From assembly GCA_002788755.1 (NCBI GenBank), contig PFRW01000051.1:1-44131 (forward strand): 44,131 bases of DNA, given 5' to 3'. This document shows, one piece after another, positions 35,817 through 44,131 of the stretch (positions within the stretch are counted from its first letter, which is position 1; each line of letters opens with the position of its first letter). Made by a program: the position numbers and the translations under genes. Below the pieces are notes generated by a model. The model saw nothing but the letters and a program-made list of their open reading frames with translations. It was not told the DNA's origin and did no database searches. Source of the DNA: Candidatus Peregrinibacteria bacterium CG_4_9_14_0_2_um_filter_41_14. Lineage in GTDB: Bacteria > Patescibacteriota > Gracilibacteria > UBA1369 > UM-FILTER-41-14.

Positions 35817-36476
35817 CTACTTTTCACCATCACCATCTTTTTTCTCATCTTCCGGTTCACCCGCTGCAATTGCTGCTGCTTCAATTTCTTCCGGTGTCAA
35901 ACCTTCATCAGCAACTTCTTCCTCTGCACGTGGAGCAGATACTGTAACAATCGTTGATTCAGCATCTTCAAGCAACTCAACATCATTTGGAATGACTAAA
36001 TCACTAATATGAATTGCCATATGGAAATCAGCAAGGACACTAATATCAACTTCGAAATAACTTGGGATCTTGTTTGGTAAACATTTAACTTCAATTTCAG
36101 TCATTTGTGGTGTTAATGTACCGCCCAAACCTCTTACGGCAGGAGCTTCACCAACAAATTCAATAGGTACCATGGCAGTAATTGCCTCTTTAAGATTCAC
36201 TTTATAAAAATCTACATGTCTAATTTGATCTGTAACAGGATGAAATTGTAATTCCTTAAACAAAACAGAAACAACGTCTCCATCAATCTCTAAATCAACA
36301 ATAGTTGTTTCACCAGCTTTAAGATAAGCCTTTCGTACCAATTCATACGGCATTACTACGCTTACACTTTCAAACCCATGACCATAAACCACACCAGGCA
36401 ACTGACGATCCTTGCGATAATCCTTAGCTTTAATACTTAAATCCCTTTTTTGGGCTGAAAGAGCAACTTGTACCAT
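35817..36476 (-). CDS. rplY: 50S ribosomal protein bL25 (long Ctc/TL5 form)
   Basis: LPGVVYG, KELQFHPV...HVDFY, VPIEFVGEAPAV..GG, CLP..IP, acidic tail. Confidence 0.96.
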   Translation of the reverse strand: MVQVALSAQKRDLSIKAKDYRKDRQLPGVVYGHGFESVSVVMPYELVRKAYLKAGETTIVDLEIDGDVVSVLFKELQFHPVTDQIRHVDFYKVNLKEAITAMVPIEFVGEAPAVRGLGGTLTPQMTEIEVKCLPNKIPSYFEVDISVLADFHMAIHISDLVIPNDVELLEDAESTIVTVSAPRAEEEVADEGLTPEEIEAAAIAAGEPEDEKKDGDGEK

Positions 36477-36508
36477 AACATTCTTCTTAAATTATCAAAA
36501 GCAGGCGG

Positions 36509-36537
36509 ATAGTAACCAAAAACATATAAAAGAGCAA
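36509..36537 (-). promoter_or_regulatory. Sigma-70 promoter of rplY with a GC-rich discriminator
   Basis: TTGCTC-N17-TACTAT followed by CCGCC on the minus strand. Confidence 0.6.
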
Positions 36538-36555
36538 TAGAAAATTAAGGCAAGT

Positions 36556-36584
36556 TTGTACAAAACCTAAAAATAATATACAAT
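36556..36584 (+). promoter_or_regulatory. Sigma-70 promoter of the 36613 gene cluster
   Basis: TTGTAC-N17-TACAAT, back-to-back with the rplY promoter. Confidence 0.6.
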
Positions 36585-36612
36585 CACACAGACAAAATTC
36601 TTTACAAATTAT

Positions 36613-36915
36613 ATGGACCAAACACTTCACCCAACTTTGCAAAAACAAATCAAAAAACATTTAGGCCTAACGGATATTTCCAAATTAGATCAAAACATAC
36701 AAAATTTCATCTACGCCATCAACAAAAGCTACTCAACATGTGAAACAGAAACACATATCAGTACTAAAATAAAAGCATACCAACGCCAAATAAAAGAAAA
36801 CGAACGTCTTACCAAAGTAATGATTAGGCGAGAGTTAAAAATGCTCGAATTAAAAAAAGAAAATGAAACTTTAAATAACCAACTATCTAACCTCAAAAAT
36901 AATGAAAAAGCCTAA
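36613..36915 (+). CDS. Small coiled-coil hypothetical protein
   Basis: LHPTLQKQIKKHLG...FIYAINKSY N-terminus and MIRRELKMLELKKEN C-terminus. Overlaps the asparaginase start. Confidence 0.75.
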   Translation: MDQTLHPTLQKQIKKHLGLTDISKLDQNIQNFIYAINKSYSTCETETHISTKIKAYQRQIKENERLTKVMIRRELKMLELKKENETLNNQLSNLKNNEKA

Positions 36916-37903
36916 GATCTTACTATTATTTGCCGGTGGTACAATTGCAATGGTCAACAATTTAGAGAACACACTAGCCCCAGCCCCCTACGCCGAGGAA
37001 TTCACCAACTTAATCCCCGAATTAAACGACCACTTCAACATCGATAGCCAATTTATTACCAGCGTCGACAGCACCAATATTCAAATTACCCATTGGGAAA
37101 AAATTGCTACAATTATTGAAGCCAACATTAGCAATTATGACGGCTTTGTTGTAACCCACGGCACCGACACAATGAGCTTTACCTCTTCCGCCGTATCCTA
37201 TGCCTTACAAGACCTAGGCAAACCAGTAGTGTTCACCGGCGCCCAACTCCCTATTAGCCATTGGCGTACCGATGCAAAATTAAACCTTATCAACGCCATG
37301 GCAGTTGCCTCCATGAATTTAGGAGAAGTAGTCATTGCCTTTGGAAGTAAAATTCTGCGCGCTAACCGTTCAACTAAACAAAGCGAATCAGATTTTAGCG
37401 CTTTCGTTTCTAACAAATACCCATTTATTGGCAACATAAAATCAGAAATAACCCTAAACAGCTTTCACAAACCACGATCAAACAAAAAACCAACGCTTAA
37501 AGCTAATTTTGATGAAAATGTTGTCGTCCTCCCCATTATTCCCGGCCTCAACCCCAAACATTTTGACGCCCTCCTCAACAGCGGTGTTTCCGGAATCGTC
37601 ATTACCGCAGTTGGCGCAGGCAATATCCCTAATGGTGCCAAAACATTAACACCTAGTCTTGTTAAAGCCACCGAAATGGGCATCCCCGTCGTTATTGCCA
37701 CACAATGTAATCAAGGTACCGTTCATATGAATTTATACGAAACCGGTGTCGCCGCCTTTGACTCCGGCGCAATCTCCGGCCAAGATATGACACTAGAAGC
37801 AGCCACCACCAAACTAATGTGGGCACTCGGTCAAACCAAAGACCTCAACCAAATTCGCGAAATTATGGAAAAAAATATTGCCGGTGAGTTGACCGTAAAA
37901 TAA
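36902..37903 (+). CDS. ansA: L-asparaginase type I (cytoplasmic)
   Basis: AGGTIAM, VDSTN, HGTDTM, KPVVFTGAQ, GAGN, DMTLEAATTKLMW. Confidence 0.93.
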   Translation: MKKPKILLLFAGGTIAMVNNLENTLAPAPYAEEFTNLIPELNDHFNIDSQFITSVDSTNIQITHWEKIATIIEANISNYDGFVVTHGTDTMSFTSSAVSYALQDLGKPVVFTGAQLPISHWRTDAKLNLINAMAVASMNLGEVVIAFGSKILRANRSTKQSESDFSAFVSNKYPFIGNIKSEITLNSFHKPRSNKKPTLKANFDENVVVLPIIPGLNPKHFDALLNSGVSGIVITAVGAGNIPNGAKTLTPSLVKATEMGIPVVIATQCNQGTVHMNLYETGVAAFDSGAISGQDMTLEAATTKLMWALGQTKDLNQIREIMEKNIAGELTVK

Positions 37904-37943
37904 TAAATCTCTATAGTTCACACAAAATTTAACAAACAAAATT

Positions 37944-38237
37944 ATGGGAGTATTTGATAAAGCAAAAGACTTATACAAAATGCAAAAGGAGGCTCGCAAA
38001 ATTAAGAAAAAACTAGCCAACATTCACATTGAAGCCGAAGCCGATGGTGTCGTCATTACCATTAACGGCGAACAAACCATAATCAAAACTGAAATCAAAG
38101 ACAAAAGCCTTTTAAGCGATCAACCAAAACTAGAAACAGCACTTACAACCGCCTTTAATAAAGCGATCAAAAAATCACAAGAAATTGCTGCCGAAGAAAT
38201 GAAAGATATTATGGGAAACCTTGGACTTAGCGGTTAA
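37944..38237 (+). CDS. ybaB: YbaB/EbfC nucleoid-associated protein
   Basis: KMQKEA..IKK.L, V.ITINGEQ, LE..L..AFNKAIKK. Confidence 0.88.
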   Translation: MGVFDKAKDLYKMQKEARKIKKKLANIHIEAEADGVVITINGEQTIIKTEIKDKSLLSDQPKLETALTTAFNKAIKKSQEIAAEEMKDIMGNLGLSG

Positions 38238-38263
38238 TTTGGCTTTATCCAAAAAATAAAAAT

Positions 38264-39256
38264 ATGAACTTTCACATCCGCAAAGTTAAACGTAAACCAC
38301 TGTGGCCCAAAATTACCGTCATTGCCGTTGTTGTTTTTATTGTCATCAAACTTCTTACAGGGGAATCTGTCCCAACTACAGTTACTTTCAACATTCCCCT
38401 AGGCACCAGCGGTAAAGAAATCGCCAAAAAACTGGATGATAATGACCTTATTGGTAGCCAAATTTTATTTAGATTAAAAGCTAAAGACTACCCGGCAATT
38501 CAAGCCGGCACCTTTTCTATTCCCAGCAACGCCAGCCCCGCCCAAATCCTTCAAATCATCACCCAACCCGCCGAAAACTTCCGACTAACCATCCCCGAAG
38601 GCTACACCATTGCCCAAATCGACCAAAAACTAACCGAACTCAATTTAATCAATAGCGGTGAATTTTTAGAATGCACCAAAACATGTCCCCTGCCTGCCGA
38701 CTTTTCTTACAGCCAATATTTAAGCAACAATCGTAACATAGAGGGCTTCCTCTTCCCCGATACATATTTTTTAAATCCCAAAGATTTTAACAGCGCCCAA
38801 TTTCTTAATCAGTTAATAAAAAACTTCACCACCCAAATTAACCAACTAAACATCACAAACCAAACAAACCACAATTTTTACGAAGTACTAACCATGGCCT
38901 CAATTTTAGAAAAAGAAATCAAAACCAAAGCCGACCTCCCCACCGTCTCCGGACTCCTGTGGAAACGTCTCGATAACGACTGGGCCATAGGCGCCGATGC
39001 CACTCTTCTATATACTCAAAACGACCGCACCCTCACTTATCAAGATCTCCAAGACAACAGCCCTTATAACACCCGTAAATTTAAGGGGTTACCACCAACT
39101 CCCATCAACAATCCCGGTCTTTCAACAATAAAAGCCGCCATGCAACCTATAGACTCCGAATATTGGTTTTACCTAACACCACCCAATTCGACCCAAGTAA
39201 TTTATGGTCGAACAAATGCCGAACACGAAGCTAACAAAACGCAATATCTACGCTAA
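38264..39256 (+). CDS. mltG: Endolytic transglycosylase MltG (YceG)
   Basis: N-terminal TM, TIPEG, EGFLFPDTY, ASILEKE, SPYNT...GLPPTPINNPG. Confidence 0.94.
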   Translation: MNFHIRKVKRKPLWPKITVIAVVVFIVIKLLTGESVPTTVTFNIPLGTSGKEIAKKLDDNDLIGSQILFRLKAKDYPAIQAGTFSIPSNASPAQILQIITQPAENFRLTIPEGYTIAQIDQKLTELNLINSGEFLECTKTCPLPADFSYSQYLSNNRNIEGFLFPDTYFLNPKDFNSAQFLNQLIKNFTTQINQLNITNQTNHNFYEVLTMASILEKEIKTKADLPTVSGLLWKRLDNDWAIGADATLLYTQNDRTLTYQDLQDNSPYNTRKFKGLPPTPINNPGLSTIKAAMQPIDSEYWFYLTPPNSTQVIYGRTNAEHEANKTQYLR

Positions 39257-39259
39257 ACG

Positions 39260-40537
39260 CTAAAGTTCTGCCTCTGCTTCTGCCGTTGGTGGCGCAGGTG
39301 GCGTTGTTACAATATCAACACCTTCTGCCACAGGCACTGTATACGTAAACGTAACGACTGTTGGTTCGCTTTTATTGCCATCAGCATCAATTGCCCGTAC
39401 TTCAAATTTATTTTCACCTTCAGCCAAATTGCCACCATCATATGTTGCAATATAGCGCCAAGATTTAGAACCGGCTTCATAACGTTGTAATACATAAGGC
39501 ACAGCACGACCATCTTCAAAGGAAGTAACTTCCAGTCTTTCTGTAGTAGCGCTTGTCGTCCCCTCAATTACAACAGAACCGGTACTCAAGCTTGCACCAA
39601 CAACCGGACTACTTACTAATGGCGCCGGCAAAGCACTTGTATCTGTTGCGGGTTCTTCATCCTCTGTAGCTGTCTCGTCTTCCACAGTTAACGTATCGTC
39701 AGGATTTTCGGTAACTGTTGGAGCTTCATCCGGTCCACCTACATTAGCCAACGGAGAATTGCCGGTAAAGCTCAAAACCAAAGCCGGATTTAAATCCAAG
39801 GCCACGTTCCAATCATACCAAGCCGATCTTTCAAACTGCTCGCTAATTGCGCCCAAAACTTCTGCCGCACTACGTGCCACAAAAGCATCCAACGCTGCCG
39901 GTGTTAATGTTAACTCTTGAGCAATACTAACAGGAACCGACTCCAAAACACGTTGTTCACCACCTTCAATTGTCTTTACTTCAACACTAACGCTACCAGA
40001 TAAAACACGCACATACTCAGGTAATTGCGCTTTCACATCAAACTTATTGCCTGTCGCTTTCACGTTCATATTCGCAGTCGAAACCACGTAATCATATTCC
40101 TTTGTTGGATCAGTTCCAAGAACAGAAGACCAAACTTCACCTCTATTTAAATTTAAATGAACTACTTCCTTACTATCACTACTCTCAACCTGATCAATTT
40201 CAAGTTCTGAATTTGGAGCTAATCTAATTTGCGTTGCATCAAAAAAGACTAAAACCGCTCGTGAAGAAGAACCGGTTCGAATAATATCACCCGCAAACAC
40301 CGGTTGACCCGGAATAATTTGTGTAAGTGGCGCATCCTCACCAAATGGCTCTACCGTTACTGACCCTTGCTCTAAATAAAGTGCCACCTTGGCATCATCA
40401 TTCCCCATGCTAAACAAATAGCCAACTCCTTTTACCAAAAAATACCCACCAACAAAAACAAGAACCAAAATAATTAAAGGGAATAAATAGGATTGTAAGC
40501 GTCGTTGACGTTTACGACGACGATAATACATAGTCAT
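39260..40537 (-). CDS. FecR-domain single-pass membrane protein with a C-terminal Ig-like domain
   Basis: Arg-rich N-terminus, TM, GDIIRTG..SRA.L.F.D.T.IRLAPNSEL...L..GEVW, then an acidic linker and IEGT...LAEGEN.FEVRAIDADGN.SEP. Confidence 0.85.
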   Translation of the reverse strand: MTMYYRRRKRQRRLQSYLFPLIILVLVFVGGYFLVKGVGYLFSMGNDDAKVALYLEQGSVTVEPFGEDAPLTQIIPGQPVFAGDIIRTGSSSRAVLVFFDATQIRLAPNSELEIDQVESSDSKEVVHLNLNRGEVWSSVLGTDPTKEYDYVVSTANMNVKATGNKFDVKAQLPEYVRVLSGSVSVEVKTIEGGEQRVLESVPVSIAQELTLTPAALDAFVARSAAEVLGAISEQFERSAWYDWNVALDLNPALVLSFTGNSPLANVGGPDEAPTVTENPDDTLTVEDETATEDEEPATDTSALPAPLVSSPVVGASLSTGSVVIEGTTSATTERLEVTSFEDGRAVPYVLQRYEAGSKSWRYIATYDGGNLAEGENKFEVRAIDADGNKSEPTVVTFTYTVPVAEGVDIVTTPPAPPTAEAEAEL

Positions 40538-40614
40538 AATTATATTTATTTTAAGGATAAACAGATCTTAACAAAGGAATTCTATCGCAAAGAAACCCAA
40601 TTATCAAATCAAAG

Positions 40615-42027
40615 CTAAAGCCCCATCTCTCTTTTAATCGCACCAATATCTCGTACCAATTTTTGATCAACCTGCAACGAATCACAAATTTTACTATACG
40701 CATGCATTGCCGTTGTATGGTTTCTACCTCCCATTACATCGCCAATTTTTTCATACGCATAATCAAATTCATGTCGCATAATATACATCGAAATCTGCCT
40801 AGGAATCATAATTTCTCGACTTCGACGGTCCCCAATTAAATCGGATTTTGTCACATTAAAATAATCAGCAATTTTATCTAAAATTTCATCACTACTAGTA
40901 ATCGATTTTGGCGCTATCATCTCATTACCAAATTGATTAACCTCCTCCGTCCGCCCAAGCCGCTTTAAAATATCGCGCACATCATTAACCGATGCTGCCG
41001 AATTCTGCAATTTTGCCCGAGCAATTAACTGCATTAATACGCCCTCAAGCTCCCTAATATTATGATGACAATTAAACGCAATAAACTCCAAAACCTCTTT
41101 AGGTAACAACGCCTCCTGCTCCTGACACTTATTTTGCAAAATCGCCAAACGGGTCTCGTAATCGGGAATACTAACATCTACAATCATCCCCATTTCAAAT
41201 CGACTAACCAAACGATCTTCCAACCCCGCCAACTCTTTAGGCGGACGATCCGAACTTATAATAATTTGCTTATTACCATCGTAAAGCTCATTAAAAGTAT
41301 GAAAGAATTCCTCCTGCGTTTTGCCTTTATTAGCAAAAAATTGGATATCATCCAAAATCAAACAATCCGCATTCCGATACCGACGGTGAAAACTACGTGT
41401 GTCGTATTTTCTAATTGCATCCACAATTTCATTAGTAAATTTTTCTGCTGTGCCATAAACCACATTTACATCCGGGTGCATTCGTAACATTTCGTTACCC
41501 GTAGCTTGCAACAAATGTGTTTTGCCCAAACCAACACCACCATAAATAAACAAAGGATTATAAGCCGCCCCCGGGCGTCTGGCCACTGCCGAACAAGCCG
41601 CATGCGCCAAGCGATTATCCCCTCCCACCACAAAGTTTTCCAAATTATATTTAGGATTCAACATTTTACTAATCATTTCACCTGCCACTTTGACCTCCTG
41701 CCGATTTGGCATTTTGCGCACCTTCTTTTTTTGCGACTTCATCATCGTTTGCAAATCAACGCCCCTGCCATCCGCCACTAAAGACGTATCAATTTCAAAA
41801 TCGATCTCATAAATCGTATCATCCACCGCTTTTAATGCCGCTTTAATATCGTCTCGATACCGTTTCTGAAACCAATCCTTAGCAAAAATACTGGGCAAAC
41901 CAATAATTGCTACACCTTGCTCAATTTTTAAAATATTCGTGCCCTGAAACCACACTAAAAAATCCGCTTTCTTAATATTTTGTTGTAAAATATCTAGAGA
42001 CTTTCGCCAAATATCAGTTTGATTCAT
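40615..42027 (-). CDS. dnaA: Chromosomal replication initiator
   Basis: YNPLFIYGGVGLGKTHLL, LDDIQF...TQEEFFHTFN, SDRPP, NIRELEG, domain IV PRQISMY...GGRNHTTAMHA. Confidence 0.99.
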   Translation of the reverse strand: MNQTDIWRKSLDILQQNIKKADFLVWFQGTNILKIEQGVAIIGLPSIFAKDWFQKRYRDDIKAALKAVDDTIYEIDFEIDTSLVADGRGVDLQTMMKSQKKKVRKMPNRQEVKVAGEMISKMLNPKYNLENFVVGGDNRLAHAACSAVARRPGAAYNPLFIYGGVGLGKTHLLQATGNEMLRMHPDVNVVYGTAEKFTNEIVDAIRKYDTRSFHRRYRNADCLILDDIQFFANKGKTQEEFFHTFNELYDGNKQIIISSDRPPKELAGLEDRLVSRFEMGMIVDVSIPDYETRLAILQNKCQEQEALLPKEVLEFIAFNCHHNIRELEGVLMQLIARAKLQNSAASVNDVRDILKRLGRTEEVNQFGNEMIAPKSITSSDEILDKIADYFNVTKSDLIGDRRSREIMIPRQISMYIMRHEFDYAYEKIGDVMGGRNHTTAMHAYSKICDSLQVDQKLVRDIGAIKREMGL

Positions 42028-42073
42028 AAATAATACAGATGAAATCAGGAAGTAAACAGTACATTAACGCAAC

Positions 42074-43690
42074 TTATTCTGCCAGCCGAATTACATCTTT
42101 TAAACTGATAATTAAAATTAATAAAATCAAAAAGACAAACCCGACCAAATGAATAATTGATTCAACCCGCGGATGAAGCTTTTTGCCGCCTCTAAACACC
42201 TCAATAACTACAAACAAAATGCGTCCACCATCTAACGCCGGAATTGGCAAAACATTAATAACCGCCAAACTCAACGAAATAAGCGCCACTAACCAAATCA
42301 ACGACTCTTTATCATACCGCAAAAACTGCGTTGTAATTTGTGTAACCGCTACCGGTCCGCCTACTTCATCCGGAACTTCAAACTTGGTAAAAATTCTTGC
42401 CACTACCGAACCAAAACTTTTCACAGTTGTCTTCCCTAATCGATAAGACTCTGTGACAGCAACAAAAGGCGCCACAGGCCAAGGTGCCTGCAATTTTTTC
42501 GCCGTAATAATCGATCCCAACAAAGGCGACATCACAATCTTATTTACAATTGGCCGGATCATAATCACTTCATCCAAAAAGACACCAATTCGCCCATTAT
42601 CTTTTTCTAAAATTTGGATTTCTTGCGGCACGCCCTCTACTAACAATTTTAACGTAATCGGTGCCGCCAACTCATTCAAAGTTTGGCTAGCCTGCATTGC
42701 CGATGTTACTTTTATATTATTTACAGCTACCAAAATTCCTGCTTTAGGAACCAAATTTTTGGCCGCGGGACTGCCCTCTAAAACATCACTAATAACAACA
42801 CTGTGCTCATTACTTGCCTGTACCTTTAACTCAACAACATTGCCGCCTCTATATACAAGAATCCGATTCACATCGATCAAACTTGCATTTGCCAAATCTT
42901 CAGCATTAAAAACCGGCCGCTCATTAATCCGCAAAATTACATCACCAACCGCCAAATCATAATTATTTGTTACATCCAACTCTAACACTTTAGGTCGCAA
43001 CAAATTTGCCGGCGAATACATATTAGCACCAAAAGTCGTAACTGTTCCGGCAGCAAACACATGCGCCTGCACCGTTTGCCCATCCGGATTTTTAAAGACA
43101 AACTCATGATCCTGCGGAAGTGGCGCCGTCAACAACTCAGACAATTCCACATAAGTCTCCGGAGCCTGTTTATCGATTTCAACTAAACGAGCCAACTTTT
43201 GAATACCAGCTTTATCGGCCTCAGAACCAACAGCCACCGACTTCACTACCAAGTTTGGCACATGTAAAATTTCACTATTTTCCAGCTTATCCCTAAAATC
43301 ATCCAAATCCCCAATAATTGGATCCATCCCAAACCCAATACCAATTGTTAGCAACACAATCGCCACCAACAAATTCATCACCACCCCCGCCAACAAAATC
43401 TCAATCCGTTGCCAAGGTGTCTTACTCGCAAAACTATGTTTCGACTGCAAAATCCCCCCATCCGTTTCATCTTCCCCATAAAGCTGCACATAACCACCAA
43501 ACGGAATAATATTTAATGAATAAACCGTATCCCCCACTTTCTTCTTAATTAACTTGGGACCAAAGCCAATTCCAAACGCTTCCACCTTCACACCATTCTT
43601 TTTGGCCATCAAAAAATGTCCCAACTCATGAATAAAAATCAGAAACCCCAGAATTAAAATTGCGAATATAATTGCGAGCCATAAAGGCAT
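42074..43690 (-). CDS. rseP: Site-2 (RIP) metalloprotease RseP-like, M50 family, with an extended multi-PDZ region
   Basis: HELGH, FGIGFGP, IPFGGYV, AGVVMN, NVLPIPALDGG, plus about three PDZ-like segments. Start moved to ATG at 43690. Confidence 0.93.
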   Translation of the reverse strand: MPLWLAIIFAILILGFLIFIHELGHFLMAKKNGVKVEAFGIGFGPKLIKKKVGDTVYSLNIIPFGGYVQLYGEDETDGGILQSKHSFASKTPWQRIEILLAGVVMNLLVAIVLLTIGIGFGMDPIIGDLDDFRDKLENSEILHVPNLVVKSVAVGSEADKAGIQKLARLVEIDKQAPETYVELSELLTAPLPQDHEFVFKNPDGQTVQAHVFAAGTVTTFGANMYSPANLLRPKVLELDVTNNYDLAVGDVILRINERPVFNAEDLANASLIDVNRILVYRGGNVVELKVQASNEHSVVISDVLEGSPAAKNLVPKAGILVAVNNIKVTSAMQASQTLNELAAPITLKLLVEGVPQEIQILEKDNGRIGVFLDEVIMIRPIVNKIVMSPLLGSIITAKKLQAPWPVAPFVAVTESYRLGKTTVKSFGSVVARIFTKFEVPDEVGGPVAVTQITTQFLRYDKESLIWLVALISLSLAVINVLPIPALDGGRILFVVIEVFRGGKKLHPRVESIIHLVGFVFLILLILIISLKDVIRLAE

Positions 43691-43838
43691 GATAAAAATT
43701 TTAAATAAAGCTAAGATACAATAAGGGAAACTATGGGAGTTTGCAACTTTGGTAATAATTCCCAAAAAACTAACTAAGAATTACACAACAGAACCGCAAA
43801 TATAGGAAATCTGTTCCCGGGACAACACTAAAGATCAA

Positions 43839-44131
43839 CTACTTTTTAGTATGATGTCTTGCTTGTTGATATGCAGCCATAACTAATGCGACTAAAACCG
43901 CAAACCCAATCTCTGTGCCAATTGATTCCGGTGTTGTGGGACTGACACCAACAACCGCACAACCTTCCTTGGGCTGTTCTGGTGATGGTGATGTAGGAAA
44001 TCCAGGATCACCAACTACATCCGGCTCGACAGTAGAATCGCCACCCGTGTCTGGTGGCGTAACATTGCCTGTATCACTACCAAGTCCCGTATCGGACCCA
44101 GGCGTTGTTGGACAAATATGAGGATTTGGCG
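43839..44131 (-). CDS. 3' end of a surface protein with a Pro/Gly/Thr linker and a C-terminal Cys + TM + basic tail (partial, absent from the ORF track)
   Basis: Manual translation: ...PNPHICPTTPGSDTGLGSDTGNVTPPDTGGDSTVEPDVVGDPGFPTSPSPEQPKEGCAVVGVSPTTPESIGTEIGFAVLVALVMAAYQQARHHTKK*. Confidence 0.8.
   Translation of the reverse strand, partial: PNPHICPTTPGSDTGLGSDTGNVTPPDTGGDSTVEPDVVGDPGFPTSPSPEQPKEGCAVVGVSPTTPESIGTEIGFAVLVALVMAAYQQARHHTKK

Noticed and set aside
42453-42962. 169-aa + strand ORF and other short track ORFs (e.g. 34514-34948, 41134-41487, 43915-44121)
   Set aside because: Antisense or off-frame shadows of well-supported genes, with no recognisable motifs.
1-44131. Alternative genetic code 25 (TGA = Gly) as in Gracilibacteria/Absconditabacteria
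   Set aside because: Conserved genes are full length without in-frame TGA, and several end at TGA with ATGA coupling (e.g. 3811-3814, 28505-28508).
1-44131. CRISPR array, rRNA/tRNA genes, transposases, prophage
   Set aside because: No regularly spaced repeats, RNA-gene signatures, or DDE/integrase/phage structural motifs were recognised, and intergenic gaps are short.

Overview
Gene-dense, mostly housekeeping window from a reduced-genome bacterium using genetic code 11. It is probably a Patescibacteria/CPR member, possibly Peregrinibacteria-like; this is inferred from the archaeal-type TpiA, RibL-like FAD synthetase, TrmB-type regulator, SD-poor overlapping genes and large Cys-rich surface protein. 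Recognisable genes: dnaG (partial), a WecA/TagO-like transferase, truB, murE, a stand-alone riboflavin kinase, hpf, tpiA, holA, glnA, msrA, a class I aminotransferase, gatA, gatC, ftsX, recO, a long RelA/SpoT, pepA, rplY, ansA, ybaB, mltG, a FecR-domain protein, dnaA and rseP. The standout is a two-gene unit at 14809-20694. An ECF sigma factor, split here by a -1 frameshift, is translationally coupled to a 1773-aa membrane-anchored alpha-2-macroglobulin (A2M). This A2M has an anti-sigma-like N-terminus, lacks the CxEQ thioester, and carries a 129-aa Hint (intein-like) autoprocessing domain in its bait region, flanked by EKGG and DKGG. It is a candidate protease-sensing or covalent-trapping signalling system. 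No rRNA, tRNA, CRISPR array or transposase was recognised. All family calls come from motif recognition by eye, not from database searches.
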